NCBI GenBank assembly: GCA_963781885.1
Contig: CAWAHW010000007.1
Span: 1-64,000 of the forward strand
DNA length: 64,000 nt
Direction: 5' to 3'
Source of the DNA: an uncultured Spirochaetota bacterium
GTDB lineage: Bacteria > Spirochaetota > Spirochaetia > SZUA-6 > Fen-1364
The notes beneath the pieces are model-generated. The model did not search any database. It worked only from the letters and a program-made list of their open reading frames with translations, and was not told where the DNA came from. Each line of letters starts with the position of its first letter. Position 1 is the stretch's first letter. Below are positions 17,691-28,012 of this stretch, one piece after another. The position numbers and the translations under genes are program-made.

Positions 17691-20600
17691 ATGATGGGCA
17701 ACGAGAAGGTGAGGGGTGGGCATCGACGGCCGCGCGGTCAGGGAGATGATCCGGGGATTCTGTCCCTCATCGCTCTTGGGGCCCTTGCGCTTGGCGCTCT
17801 CATGCTGGGCGCATGCAAAAACACAACTTTGCTCACCGAAGTTCAGGCGGAGGTCGCACAAGCGAAAGCCAGCAATGCCGTGGCATCCCCATCGTTCGAC
17901 CCCCAGCAAGGCATCTTTTCAACCGATCAGAATGTAATCATTGGCGATGAGACCCCCGGGGCAACCATTTACTACACAACAAGCGGTTCCTCTCCCTCCA
18001 AGACCTCTGCCGTCTATTCCTCCCCGATTCTGGTGAGCGGCAACGGGACGACGACGATCATCATGGCATTCGCCGCCAAGTCCGGGATGACCGACTCCGC
18101 AGTCGCGGTTGCCACGTACACGATCAACATTGGGGCGGTTTCCACGCCGCAGTTCAGCCCACCGGGAGGTTTGTACTCTTCCGATCGAACGGTCACGATC
18201 ACCTGCGCCACCCCTGGCGCCATCATCTATTACACGACCGACGGCACGGATCCTACTACGGCCTCTTCCGCTTACGGCACAGCGATACCCGTTTCCGGAA
18301 ATGGCACGGTGATGACCATCAAGGCGATCGCGGTCAAGTCGGGAATGAATCCGAGCAGCGAAGCGGTGGCAAGCTACGTCATCAACTACGCGCAGGTTGC
18401 TGCTCCGCAATTCAGCCTTGTGGCCGGTGTCTATCCCTCAGATCAGAATGTGACCGTATCCGACGCCACGCCGGGAGCGACAGTCTATTATACGAGTGCC
18501 ACGGGAGGTGCCGTGCCCCCGGACCCCACATCCGCTTCGACCGTCTGTAGTGGACCCTTTTCGGTGACCGGCAACGGGACAGTGTTGACGATCAAGGCCA
18601 TCGCAATGAAATCCGGGATGATCGACTCCCAGGTCGCCCTGACAAGCTACACGATCAGCTATGGTGTGGTTTCTCCGCCGCAGTTCAGCCTGACATCGGG
18701 CACATATTCCTCCGACAAGAGCATCACCATCACGGATTCGACCTCGGGCGCCGTGATCCATTATACGAGCGCGACAGGTGGCTCATTGCCTTCCGACCCG
18801 ACATCCGCTTCTACGGCCTATGCAGGGCCAATTCTGGTGTCAGTAAATGGGACACAGATGGCGATCAAGGCCATCGCGGTGAAATCGGGAATGCTCGATT
18901 CCAGCGTCATCACGGTGTCGTACACCATCAATTATGGCCAGGTTTCCACTCCCCAATTCAGCCCGGGGCCGGGGACCTATACAAGCGCGCAAAACGTCAC
19001 GATCAGCACCGCAACAACTGGGGCGTCGATCCGCTACACCACGGACGGGAGCACGATACCAACCGAAACAGTTGGGACTCTCTACTCGAGCCCTGTCAGC
19101 GTCGCGGCAACCGAGACGCTAAAAGCCATCGCCTACAACGGGGTTGCAACGGATTCGACGGTTGCAACCGCCGCATACACGATTACCGGCACCTGCGTTG
19201 CGCCGACCTTCAATCCTGCGGGGGGGAACTATTTCAGCGCGCAGAACGTCACGATCAGCACCACAACGCCAGGGGCATCGATCCGCTATACCACGGATGG
19301 GAGCACGCCGTCGGATACGATTGGCACCTCGTATACGGTACCCGTCAATGTGGCGGGAAACGAAACGCTCAAGGCGGTCGCCTACGAATCCGGATGGCTT
19401 TCTTCAACGGTATCCACAACCGCTTACACGATCACCGGCTATTGTGCCAACCCGCAATTCAGTCCCGTAGGTGGAACGTACTCCACCGCGCAGAATGTGA
19501 CGATCAGCACGACAACGCCGGGGGCATCGATCCGCTACACCACGGACGGGAGCACGATACCGACCGAAACAGTTGGAACCCTCTGCTCTGGCCCCGTCAG
19601 TGTCCCGGTGGGACAAACGCTGAAAGCCATTGCGTACTTGACAAACTGGGGAGATTCCGCGGTTTCTTCCTCGACCTATGTCCTCCAGGACGCCACACCC
19701 ACCTTCAGCCCGGGCAGCGGGGACATACTCAAGTGCGCAGAGCGTGACAATCAGCACGACCACCTCTGGGGCATCCATCCGCTATACGACGGACGGGACA
19801 ACACCGACGACTACGACAGGCACCCTCTACGCGGGTCCCGTCAGTGTGGGCGTGAGCGAAACAGTGAAGGCTGTCGCGTACATGTCGGGCTGGACAAATT
19901 CCAGCATCGGCTCTGCCGTGTATTTGATTCCTCCCACCGTCAGCTCCGTGAGCCCCGCGGCAAACGCGACCGCGGTCTCCGTGACTTCCACGATCACAGC
20001 GACCTTCAGCACGGATATGGACCCCTCAACAATCACGACGTCAACGTTCCAGGTCAAGATCGGCAGCACGCCTGTGGCCGGCTCGGTCTCCTATGCGGCA
20101 CGAGTCGCGACCTTCACGCCCACGGGGAATCTGTCGAAAAGTACGACGTACACGGCTTCCCTATCCACGGCCGTGAAGGATACGTATGGAGCGGCGCTGG
20201 TGTCGGCATCGAGCTGGAGCTTCTCCACGGTGCTGGACGCTATCTACGTGGGAACCGCGGGCAGCGATTCGAACCCGGGCACGAAGAATATGCCCCGACT
20301 CACCTTGCAGAGCTCGATCAACCTCGCCTCCTCGGGCACCGAGGTGCGCGTGTCGCAAGGGACGTACGCGGTGTCTTCGACCATCACCATGAAGGACGGC
20401 GTCGCTCTGGTTGGAGGCTATTCCGCCGACTTCAGTACCAGAAGCATTGGCGTTTACACGACAACCATCAACGACACACGAAACATGTCCGGGCAGGTCG
20501 ATACCATCGATATACTTTCTCTTTCTTCATCTACCCGGGTGGACGGGTTCACGATCAACGGCCCTTATGTCACCGGCGGGGCCAACATGAACGCGGTGAT

Positions 20601-21318
20601 CGTCTACATCACGAGCTCTTCGCCGACAATCCAGAACAACAAGCTTTTCAGCCGGCATGGCGGAAACTCGTGCGTGGCGGTACAGATCAACGGGACCACC
20701 AGCGCTCCCCTTATCCGCAACAATGTTCTCACCGCGGAGGCAAGCAATTACACGATCACGGTCTACATCAATGGAGCGAGCCCTTTCCTGCAGAACAATA
20801 CGATTTACGCCGAAAATGGAGCCATTATATCGTACGGGGTTCGCATCTACGCGGGAAGCCATCCTTACATCGATAACAATATCATTTTGACCGGCGGCAC
20901 CGGGCCGTCCCATATGGGTATTGCAGAGACTGGCACGGGCACATCCACAGACGCTGACCCGATTGAGCTTAAGAACAACTGCATCTCCAGTTGTCCGCAG
21001 GGTCTCTATTTCGATCAAAACCTGTCGTTGACATGCACGCAGGTGAATGCCACCGGCAATTTCGGCAATGGGACCACATGGATGTCCACGCCGACGGGTA
21101 CCGGCAATATCGTAGATGCGCCGGTCTTCACGAGCCAATCCACCGGAGATTATACTCTCTTGATTACCTCGCCCGTCAACGTGCGTGGCGGTGCCTGCAA
21201 TTTGAGCAGCCAGTACACGACAGACGGGCTGGGGGTGACGCGCACCACTACGACACCGATTGGTATGACAAATAGCGGGGCTTCCGGGTGGTCCGTTGGC
21301 GCATTTGAAAGAGACTGA
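17691..21318 (+). CDS. Large surface lipoprotein: eight Fn3-associated (chitobiase C-terminal-like) repeats, an Ig-like domain and a beta-helix domain (apparent 1-nt insertion at ~19712)
   Basis: Lipobox LMLGAC, eight P.F.P..G.Y...VTI...TPGA.I.YTT repeats, PPTVSSVSP Ig-like domain and IYV...GSDSNPGT plus Asn-ladder repeats. The frame changes at AGCCCGGGCAGCG. Confidence 0.8.
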
Positions 21319-21350
21319 GCGATTGATGCTGCCGACGGCCGTCCGGGAGC

Positions 21351-22899
21351 TCAGGTCTCCTTCTTTGCTGGCACCCCCAGGAGCTGCACGTGCCGGCCGA
21401 TGTGCTTCTCCAGCGCGGCGTAGTGACGCTCTTCGTTGGCGGCAAGCGTCGCGAAGAAATCGGGTCTGATGCCGGGATCCTTCAGCAGCCCGCCATAGGT
21501 GATGTGGAGGAGCTGGCGGGAGTCAGGCGCGTTCACGTAGCGCTCGAGGTCCGCGTCGGGCACCGTTTCCGCGGCCGGAATGGCCTTGAGGTTCGTCGTC
21601 ACGTGGTAGAGCTTCGTGGCATCGGGGAAGCAATCGAATGCCGTCTTGAGCATGCGGCGGAAGAGGACCGGATTCGTCCAGGAAATGACCCGCACCGCCT
21701 CCAGCCAGCTCGTGCCAGCGGTCTTCAAATGCACGCGCATGCCGGTATGCTTGCCGATGGCAGGGTAAGTGGCGAACTTGTCGCTCCCCGAATGGATGGA
21801 GACCTTGTAGTTTCCCCGGGCCTTTGCGATGGCGCAGTGCACGGCGAACTGCCTTTCGAACTCCGCCAGGTCCCCGATGTAGTCGATGCCCTTCTGGAAC
21901 TCGCCGATGAACCGGGGCGCCAGCGAGCTCACCGCCACGCCGCGGCGGAGCAGCTCGCTCGCAATGAAAAGGTGATGGGCGGGCAGCGTGGGCGCGGTCG
22001 TCTCATCGATGCTGATCTCCAGGTCGTACTGGTTGCCCCGGTTCTTCTTCAGGTGCTGGTCCACTTCCCGGGAGAAGTCCAGCGCGCGGCCGTACATGAG
22101 CGCGCAGCGCATCGCCTCCAGCTTCGGGATCGCCACGGCGTGACCCGCCAGGTCGATCGTGCGATCCGCGTAGGTTTCCAGGACGTGCTTCTTCGTATCG
22201 GCGGCGAGCCGCGCGAACTCCTCCTCGATGCGGGCGGCGCTCCAGGAGGCGGGTTCGGGGGTCATCACCTCGGTGAGATCGAGCGTGATCATCGGCATGC
22301 CCGCGGCAAGCGCCGTGTCGATGTCCTTTATCGTCTTCAGGTGATCCCCGTCCGCCCCGTAGCCGCGCTCGTAGCCCTCCTGGAAGACCATGAACGACGC
22401 GTCAGCGACAACGCCGGGGTAGTCGCGCCCGGTCAGGGTGAGCTCGCGGATGGACTGCTGCGCGAGCACGGGCGATGCATCGTAACCGGCGATTGCCCGC
22501 ACGTGCCCGGGCGTGGCAAGACCCAGCCTGTCGCCGCACCCGATGGTCGTGGTCCGTTCCCGCAGGGAAACCGGCGCGGTGAAGGGGAAGAGGGAATGGA
22601 GCGTTCGCGCGTTCTCCGTGGAAAGCGCGGCCCTGAAGAGATGCAGACCCCCAACGGTGGCCGCCGTGCCCTTGAAGTCCGTGGAGAAGGTACGGGGGCA
22701 GCACAGATAGAGCGCCTTGTCCGCGCCCTGCGCCCCGATGAAATAGAGGATGCCGTCACGCAGCCTCAGTGACGCCCGATAGATCCGCGCGTCGCCTTCC
22801 GCGATGAGACGACCCGTGTCGCCCTTCACCCGCGCCAGCGTGCGCGTATCGGCCGTCTCGAGCCCGGAGGAAGCAGAGAAGTCGTGCGATGTTTTCCAT
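21351..22899 (-). CDS. uxaE: Tagaturonate/fructuronate epimerase
   Basis: G.GDRLGLATPGH, LAQQSIRE, GADGDHLK, EISIDET, HSGSDKF and HLKTAGTSWLEA motifs. The RBS-linked ATG at 22899 needs a 1-nt correction near 22876; otherwise the start is GTG 22829. Confidence 0.92.
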
Positions 22900-22909
22900 G
22901 GCGCCTCCG

Positions 22910-23725
22910 TCAGATGTTGTCCACGAGATAGCCGCCGTCGACGGGAACCGTCACGCCGGTCACGAAGCCCGCGGCGGCATTGCTTACCAGGAAGAGGAGA
23001 GCGCCCGCCAGCTCGCTCACGTCGCCGAACCGGCCGAACGGGGTGTGGTTGATGACCTTCTTCCCGCGCTCGGTGAGGTCCCCCGTCTTCTCGTCGATGA
23101 GGAGCGCCTTGTTCTGCTTGCCGATGAAGAAGCCCGGCGCGAGCGCGTTCACCCTGATGCCATGGGCGGCGAACTCCTTTGCCGTTGCCATGGTAAGGTT
23201 CATCACCGCCGACTTTGCCGCGTCGTACGCCCAGATGCCGGAGAGGGGAATGTAGGACGACATCGACGCCATGTTGATGATGCAGCCTTTCGTCTTGCTC
23301 TTGATCCAGCGGCCGGCAACCACCTTTGTCGGCACGACGAGCCCCGCCACGAGATTGAGACGGAGAATGTCCTCGAACTGCTTCACGTCCAGCTCCAGGA
23401 AGCGCGTCTGGCCGCGATTGCCGCCGGCGCAGTTGATGAGGACGTCCAGGCTGCCGAGCTTCTGCTCGGTCGTCTCCACCGCGGCGGCCACGGAGGATTC
23501 ATCGGTCGTGTCGACCTGGAGGGCGAGGATCCGGTCCGCTGCGCCCGTGGAGGCGCCCAGGCGCTCGCGCGCGGCGTCCGAGAACTTCTGGTCGATGTCC
23601 CAGAGGCTCACCTTGCCTCCCGCTTTCAGAAGCGCCTCCGCGAGCGCGCCCGCGATGACGCCGCCGCCACCCGTGATGGCAGTGGTCCTGCCTGCCAGAC
23701 CGAACATCTCGTCGAGGTATGCCAT
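22910..23725 (-). CDS. SDR oxidoreductase, probable fructuronate reductase / D-mannonate oxidoreductase
   Basis: TGGGGVIA, NCAGGN, YDAAK, NALAPGFF and TPFGRFG motifs; adjacent to uxaE. Confidence 0.85.
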   Translation of the reverse strand: MAYLDEMFGLAGRTTAITGGGGVIAGALAEALLKAGGKVSLWDIDQKFSDAARERLGASTGAADRILALQVDTTDESSVAAAVETTEQKLGSLDVLINCAGGNRGQTRFLELDVKQFEDILRLNLVAGLVVPTKVVAGRWIKSKTKGCIINMASMSSYIPLSGIWAYDAAKSAVMNLTMATAKEFAAHGIRVNALAPGFFIGKQNKALLIDEKTGDLTERGKKVINHTPFGRFGDVSELAGALLFLVSNAAAGFVTGVTVPVDGGYLVDNI

Positions 23726-23735
23726 GTTTTTCTCC

Positions 23736-24965
23736 TTATGCCTTGCTGATGAAATGCTTCTCGAAGCGCATGAACGCGGGAAGACCGTCCTTCATGACGG
23801 GCTTCACCTCGCCCTTGATGAGGGGAAGGGCGTAGGAGAAGAAATCCTTTGTCACGAAGAATCCGTCCGGGCTGATCCATTCCTTCGGGAAATACTTTTC
23901 CCCGTTTGCCACCTGCGCCAATGCAGCGACGTCCGTGACGCACTTGTACGGACCGTCGGAGACGCGCTTCAGGGTGACCATCTTGCCGGTTTCCCCTTTC
24001 ACCGCGCGCCTGACGGCGTCCCGTCCCGTCTCGTAGGCCTCCTGGGAATCGGTGAGAGAGGCGAAGTGGATGCCGTTGCGCTGGATCGTGGAAGGGATCG
24101 CGAAGCGCGCCTTCACCTTCACCTCCTCCTCGATGAGGCTCTTGATGTACTGGGCCGCACCGCCCAGCTGCGTGTGCCCGAACGCGTCCTTCGCAAACTC
24201 CCCCTTCTGCTCGGAGATGTAGCCGCCGTCCGCCGTCTTCGTGCCCTCGGAGACAACGATGACGCAGCGGTGGATGGTGTCCAGGTACGAGCGCACCTTT
24301 GCCTTGAACTTCTCACGGTCGAAGGGCACCTCGGGCAGGAGGATGATGTGCGGCCCATCCTCGTCGTTGCGCCGGCCCAGCGCCGTGCCCGCCGCGATCC
24401 AGCCGGCGTTGCGGCCCATCGCCTCGATGACGTTCACCGTGTCGGCGGTGTACATCGACTCGGTGTCGCGGCCGGCCTCCATCACCATCGTCGCCAGGTA
24501 CTTGATCACGCTGCCGTAGCCAGGGCAGTGATCGGTGAAGGCAAGGTCGTTGTCGATGGTCTTGGGCACGCCCATGACGCGAAACTCAAAGCCGCGCCGG
24601 GCGGCCAGCTGCGCCACCTTGTCCGCCGTGTCCATGGAGTCGTTGCCGCCGATGTAGAAGAACCAGCGGATGTCGTGCGCGGCAAAGACGTCCACGATGC
24701 GCGCGTAGTCCGCATCCGTCTTCACCTTGTAGCGGCAGGAGCCCAGCGCGGCCGACGGGCTCGTCTTCAGGCCTTCAATCGTCTTTGCCTTCTCCGCGCC
24801 CAGGTCGAAGATCTGCTCGTTCAGCACCCCGAGGATGCCGTTGTGCGCCCCGTAGACCCCGGTGATCTCGCGGTGCGTCAAGGCCTCCTGGATCACCCCG
24901 CATGCGCTCGCGTTGATGACGGCCGTCGGGCCGCCGCTCTGGGCGACGATGCATTTTCCCTTCAT
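23736..24965 (-). CDS. Phosphofructokinase family protein, probably PPi-dependent
   Basis: QSGGPTAVIN, GGNDS, PKTIDNDL and MGRNAGW motifs. Start MKGK at 24965 after GGAGG. Confidence 0.9.
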   Translation of the reverse strand: MKGKCIVAQSGGPTAVINASACGVIQEALTHREITGVYGAHNGILGVLNEQIFDLGAEKAKTIEGLKTSPSAALGSCRYKVKTDADYARIVDVFAAHDIRWFFYIGGNDSMDTADKVAQLAARRGFEFRVMGVPKTIDNDLAFTDHCPGYGSVIKYLATMVMEAGRDTESMYTADTVNVIEAMGRNAGWIAAGTALGRRNDEDGPHIILLPEVPFDREKFKAKVRSYLDTIHRCVIVVSEGTKTADGGYISEQKGEFAKDAFGHTQLGGAAQYIKSLIEEEVKVKARFAIPSTIQRNGIHFASLTDSQEAYETGRDAVRRAVKGETGKMVTLKRVSDGPYKCVTDVAALAQVANGEKYFPKEWISPDGFFVTKDFFSYALPLIKGEVKPVMKDGLPAFMRFEKHFISKA

Positions 24966-24987
24966 GACGTTTCCTCCGTGATGTCTG

Positions 24988-25746
24988 TCAGGACCCGGCA
25001 ACGAGCACTTCGATGCCGAGGTCCGTGAGTGCCTGCATTCCGTCCGCCATCGCGTCCGTGATCAGGATGTTCACGTCGCGGTGCCGGGCAAAGACGGCGA
25101 AAGCGTCCCGTCCGAACTTGCTCGCGTCCGCAAGGACGACGCGCCGGCGCGATATGCCGAGCACGCGGCCCTTGAGGTCCGCCTCGATGACGTTCTGCGA
25201 CGTGAAGATGCCCGCCGCCGACAGCCCCGTCGTGCCGATGAAACAGGTCTCGATGTGGAGGCCCCTGAGCGCCTCCAGGGCAATCGGGCCGATGAAGGAT
25301 CCCGCCTCCTTGCGGTAGCTGCCGCCGATGGAGATGAGGGAGATGCCCGGGGCATCGGCCACGGCGTTCATGACGTCCAGCGAATTGGTGACGATCCTGA
25401 GATTCATGTCGCCAAGCAGTCGGGCAAGCAGCGTGCACGTGCTGCCGGAGTCCAGATAGATCGTGTCGTCCTCATGGACGAGCGCGAGCGCCTTTTCGGC
25501 GATGCGCTGCTTCTCCGCGCGCCGCTCCTCCTTGCGGACCTGGATGACGCGAAGCTGTGCAAGGTCCTCGGCGAGCCGTGCGCCGCCTCGCGTCCGCACG
25601 ATGCTCCCCATCTCCTCCAGCAGGGTGAGGTCCTTGCGGATGGTCACTTCAGAGACCTTGAGGCGCCGGGTGAGCTCCTGCACCGATACCGAGCGCACGT
25701 GGGATATGAGCCTTATGATTTCGTCATGTCGGGGAATATGGGACAT
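24988..25746 (-). CDS. DeoR/GlpR-family transcriptional regulator
   Basis: VSEVTIRKDL..LE HTH, LDSGST, TNS and DASKF motifs. Confidence 0.93.
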   Translation of the reverse strand: MSHIPRHDEIIRLISHVRSVSVQELTRRLKVSEVTIRKDLTLLEEMGSIVRTRGGARLAEDLAQLRVIQVRKEERRAEKQRIAEKALALVHEDDTIYLDSGSTCTLLARLLGDMNLRIVTNSLDVMNAVADAPGISLISIGGSYRKEAGSFIGPIALEALRGLHIETCFIGTTGLSAAGIFTSQNVIEADLKGRVLGISRRRVVLADASKFGRDAFAVFARHRDVNILITDAMADGMQALTDLGIEVLVAGS

Positions 25747-25813
25747 TGACTGGTTCTTCCTGCTCCGATAATATTTCGCAGTCTTGCATAAATCGAAAGA
25801 AAAGGAAAGAGGA

Positions 25814-26701
25814 ATGAACGACCCCGCAGGCATCTTGAAGGACATGAAACCAACGAAAGGGTTCTTCATCGGCATCGATTCGGACGGGTGCGCCTTCGAC
25901 ACCATGGAAATCAAGCAGAAGGAATGCTTCTGTCCCAATTTCATCCGTCACTTCGGGCTGCAGGCCGTGTCGAAGTATGCCCGCGAAACCTGGGAATTCG
26001 TGAATCTCTATTCGAAGGACCGCGGCTGCAACAGATTCATCGCCGTCATCCGGGCCCTGGACCTGCTCCGCGAACGCCCGGAGACAAAAGCCCGCGGGGT
26101 GAATGTGCCGGTCATGGACGGACTTCGCGTATGGCTGAAACGAGAAACGAAGCTCGGCAACCCTGCCCTGAAGGCGGAGCTGGATCGCACCCACGACCCC
26201 GACCTCGAGCGGGCCTACGCGTTTTCAATCGACGTGAACGAAGCGATCGCGCAGCTGGTCTTCGGCGTGCCGCCCTTTCCGCTCGTCCGCGAATCCCTCG
26301 CGGCCATGGGCGCGAAGGCCGACATCATCGTCGTTTCCCAGACGCCGGGAGAGGCGCTCGTGCGGGAGTGGAAGGAGCACGGCATCGACGGCAGCGTGCG
26401 CGCGATCGCCGGCCAGGAGATGGGCACAAAGGCGCAGCACATCACCTTCGCCGCGGGCGGCAAGTATCCGCCTGCCCGCATCCTCATGATCGGGGACGCG
26501 CCCGGTGACCTGCAGGCGGCGCGGGCGAATCACGCCTGCTTCTTCCCCATCGTCCCGGGGCACGAGGAGCGCTCCTGGGAGCTTTTCCACGCGGAGGCGC
26601 TTGACCGTTTCCTCTCCGAGCGCTACGCCGGGGATTACGAGAAGAAGCTCATGGAGGAGTTCGACGCGTCGCTGCCTGAACGGCCCTCCTGGAGGAGATA
26701 G
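25814..26701 (+). CDS. HAD-superfamily hydrolase
   Basis: IDSDGC (motif I), VVS, K and MIGDAPGD (motif IV). Confidence 0.88.
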   Translation: MNDPAGILKDMKPTKGFFIGIDSDGCAFDTMEIKQKECFCPNFIRHFGLQAVSKYARETWEFVNLYSKDRGCNRFIAVIRALDLLRERPETKARGVNVPVMDGLRVWLKRETKLGNPALKAELDRTHDPDLERAYAFSIDVNEAIAQLVFGVPPFPLVRESLAAMGAKADIIVVSQTPGEALVREWKEHGIDGSVRAIAGQEMGTKAQHITFAAGGKYPPARILMIGDAPGDLQAARANHACFFPIVPGHEERSWELFHAEALDRFLSERYAGDYEKKLMEEFDASLPERPSWRR

Positions 26702-26702
26702 C

Positions 26703-27977
26703 ATGCTGTACCTGGCGCGCGGCTCCGAGCGCGGATCCTTCACCGATGCGGACCTCCGCGCGGCGCTTTCAGAAGCGCTGGGCAAGCTCGGCGCGCGAAA
26801 GCGCGTGCTCGCGGTGCCGCCCGACTTCACGCGTTTCCATTCGCGCGCCGGGCGCGTGACGGAGCTCATCTGGGAGTATTACGGCGCGGCACTCGCCGAC
26901 GTGCTTCCCGCGTTGGGCACTCATTTCGCCGTGAATGACAGGGAGCGGGAGATCATGTTCGGCAAGGTGCCGAAGGAGCTCTTCCGCGTCCATCGCTGGA
27001 AGGAAAACCTGGAAACTCTGGGCCGGTTGCCCGCGGAGCTCATCCGCGAGGTTTCCGAGGGGAAGCTCAGCTACGACTGGCCCGCGCAGGTGGACAAGCT
27101 GCTGGCCACGGGCGGTCACGACCTTATTCTCTCCATCGGGCAAGTTGTGCCCCACGAGGTCGTGGGCATGGCAGGCTACAACAAGAACATCTTCATCGGC
27201 ACCGGCGGCTCCGAGGCGATCAACAAGAGTCACTACCTCGGCGCGGTGTACGGCATGGAACGGATGATGGGGCGTGCCGATACGCCCGTGCGGAAAGTGC
27301 TGAATACCGCGGCGGAGAAATTCGCCCGGCACCTGCCCATCGTCTACGTACAGACCGTGGTGGGCCGCGAGCAGGACGGCAGCCTTGCCCTGAAGGGCCT
27401 CTTCGTCGGCGACGATCACGAGGTGTTCTCCCGCGCCGCCGAGCTCTCCCTGAAGGTCAATTTCACGATGGTGGAAGAGCCCCTGGCCAAGGTGGTCGTG
27501 TACCTGGACCCGGGGGAGTTCAAGAGCACCTGGCTGGGCAACAAGTCGATCTACCGGACGCGCATGGCGATTGCCGACAAGGGGGAGCTGATCGTGCTGG
27601 CCCCCGGCGTGAAGCAGTTCGGCGAGGACCCGGGCATCGATGCGCTCATCCGCAAGTACGGCTACTTCACCACGCCGCGCATTCTCCAGCTCGTGGAGGA
27701 AAACAGGGACTTGCAGGAGAGCCTCAGCGTCGCCGCCCATCTCATTCACGGGTCTTCGGAGGAGCGCTTCACGATCACCTATTGCCCTGCCGGGCTCACG
27801 AAGGAACAGGTGGAGCATGCGGGCTTCCGTTACGGAGACATCGCGGAGATGAGCAGGCGATACGACCCGAAGAAACTGAAGGACGGGTGGAACACGGTGG
27901 GAGGGGAGAAGATCTTCTACATCTCGAACCCGGCAACCGGCCTGTGGTCCTCCCGGGATCGTTTCACCGCATCATAG
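26703..27977 (+). CDS. LarA (lactate racemase) family epimerase, probable mannonate/gluconate 2-epimerase
   Basis: PPDFTR, ALGTH, VVPHEVVG.AG..K and KSIYR motifs; clustered with uxaE, the SDR and gnd. Confidence 0.8.
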   Translation: MLYLARGSERGSFTDADLRAALSEALGKLGARKRVLAVPPDFTRFHSRAGRVTELIWEYYGAALADVLPALGTHFAVNDREREIMFGKVPKELFRVHRWKENLETLGRLPAELIREVSEGKLSYDWPAQVDKLLATGGHDLILSIGQVVPHEVVGMAGYNKNIFIGTGGSEAINKSHYLGAVYGMERMMGRADTPVRKVLNTAAEKFARHLPIVYVQTVVGREQDGSLALKGLFVGDDHEVFSRAAELSLKVNFTMVEEPLAKVVVYLDPGEFKSTWLGNKSIYRTRMAIADKGELIVLAPGVKQFGEDPGIDALIRKYGYFTTPRILQLVEENRDLQESLSVAAHLIHGSSEERFTITYCPAGLTKEQVEHAGFRYGDIAEMSRRYDPKKLKDGWNTVGGEKIFYISNPATGLWSSRDRFTAS

Positions 27978-28012
27978 GCGCTGCCGCGGCAGGCCCGACA
28001 AGGAGACAAAAC

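Noticed and set aside
16755-20876. 1373-aa FecR/TPR-Fn3 fusion ORF
   Set aside because: A 1-nt insertion at ~17611 explains the fusion (stop at 17679, new RBS, ATG and lipobox), and another at ~19712 explains the nonsense tail.
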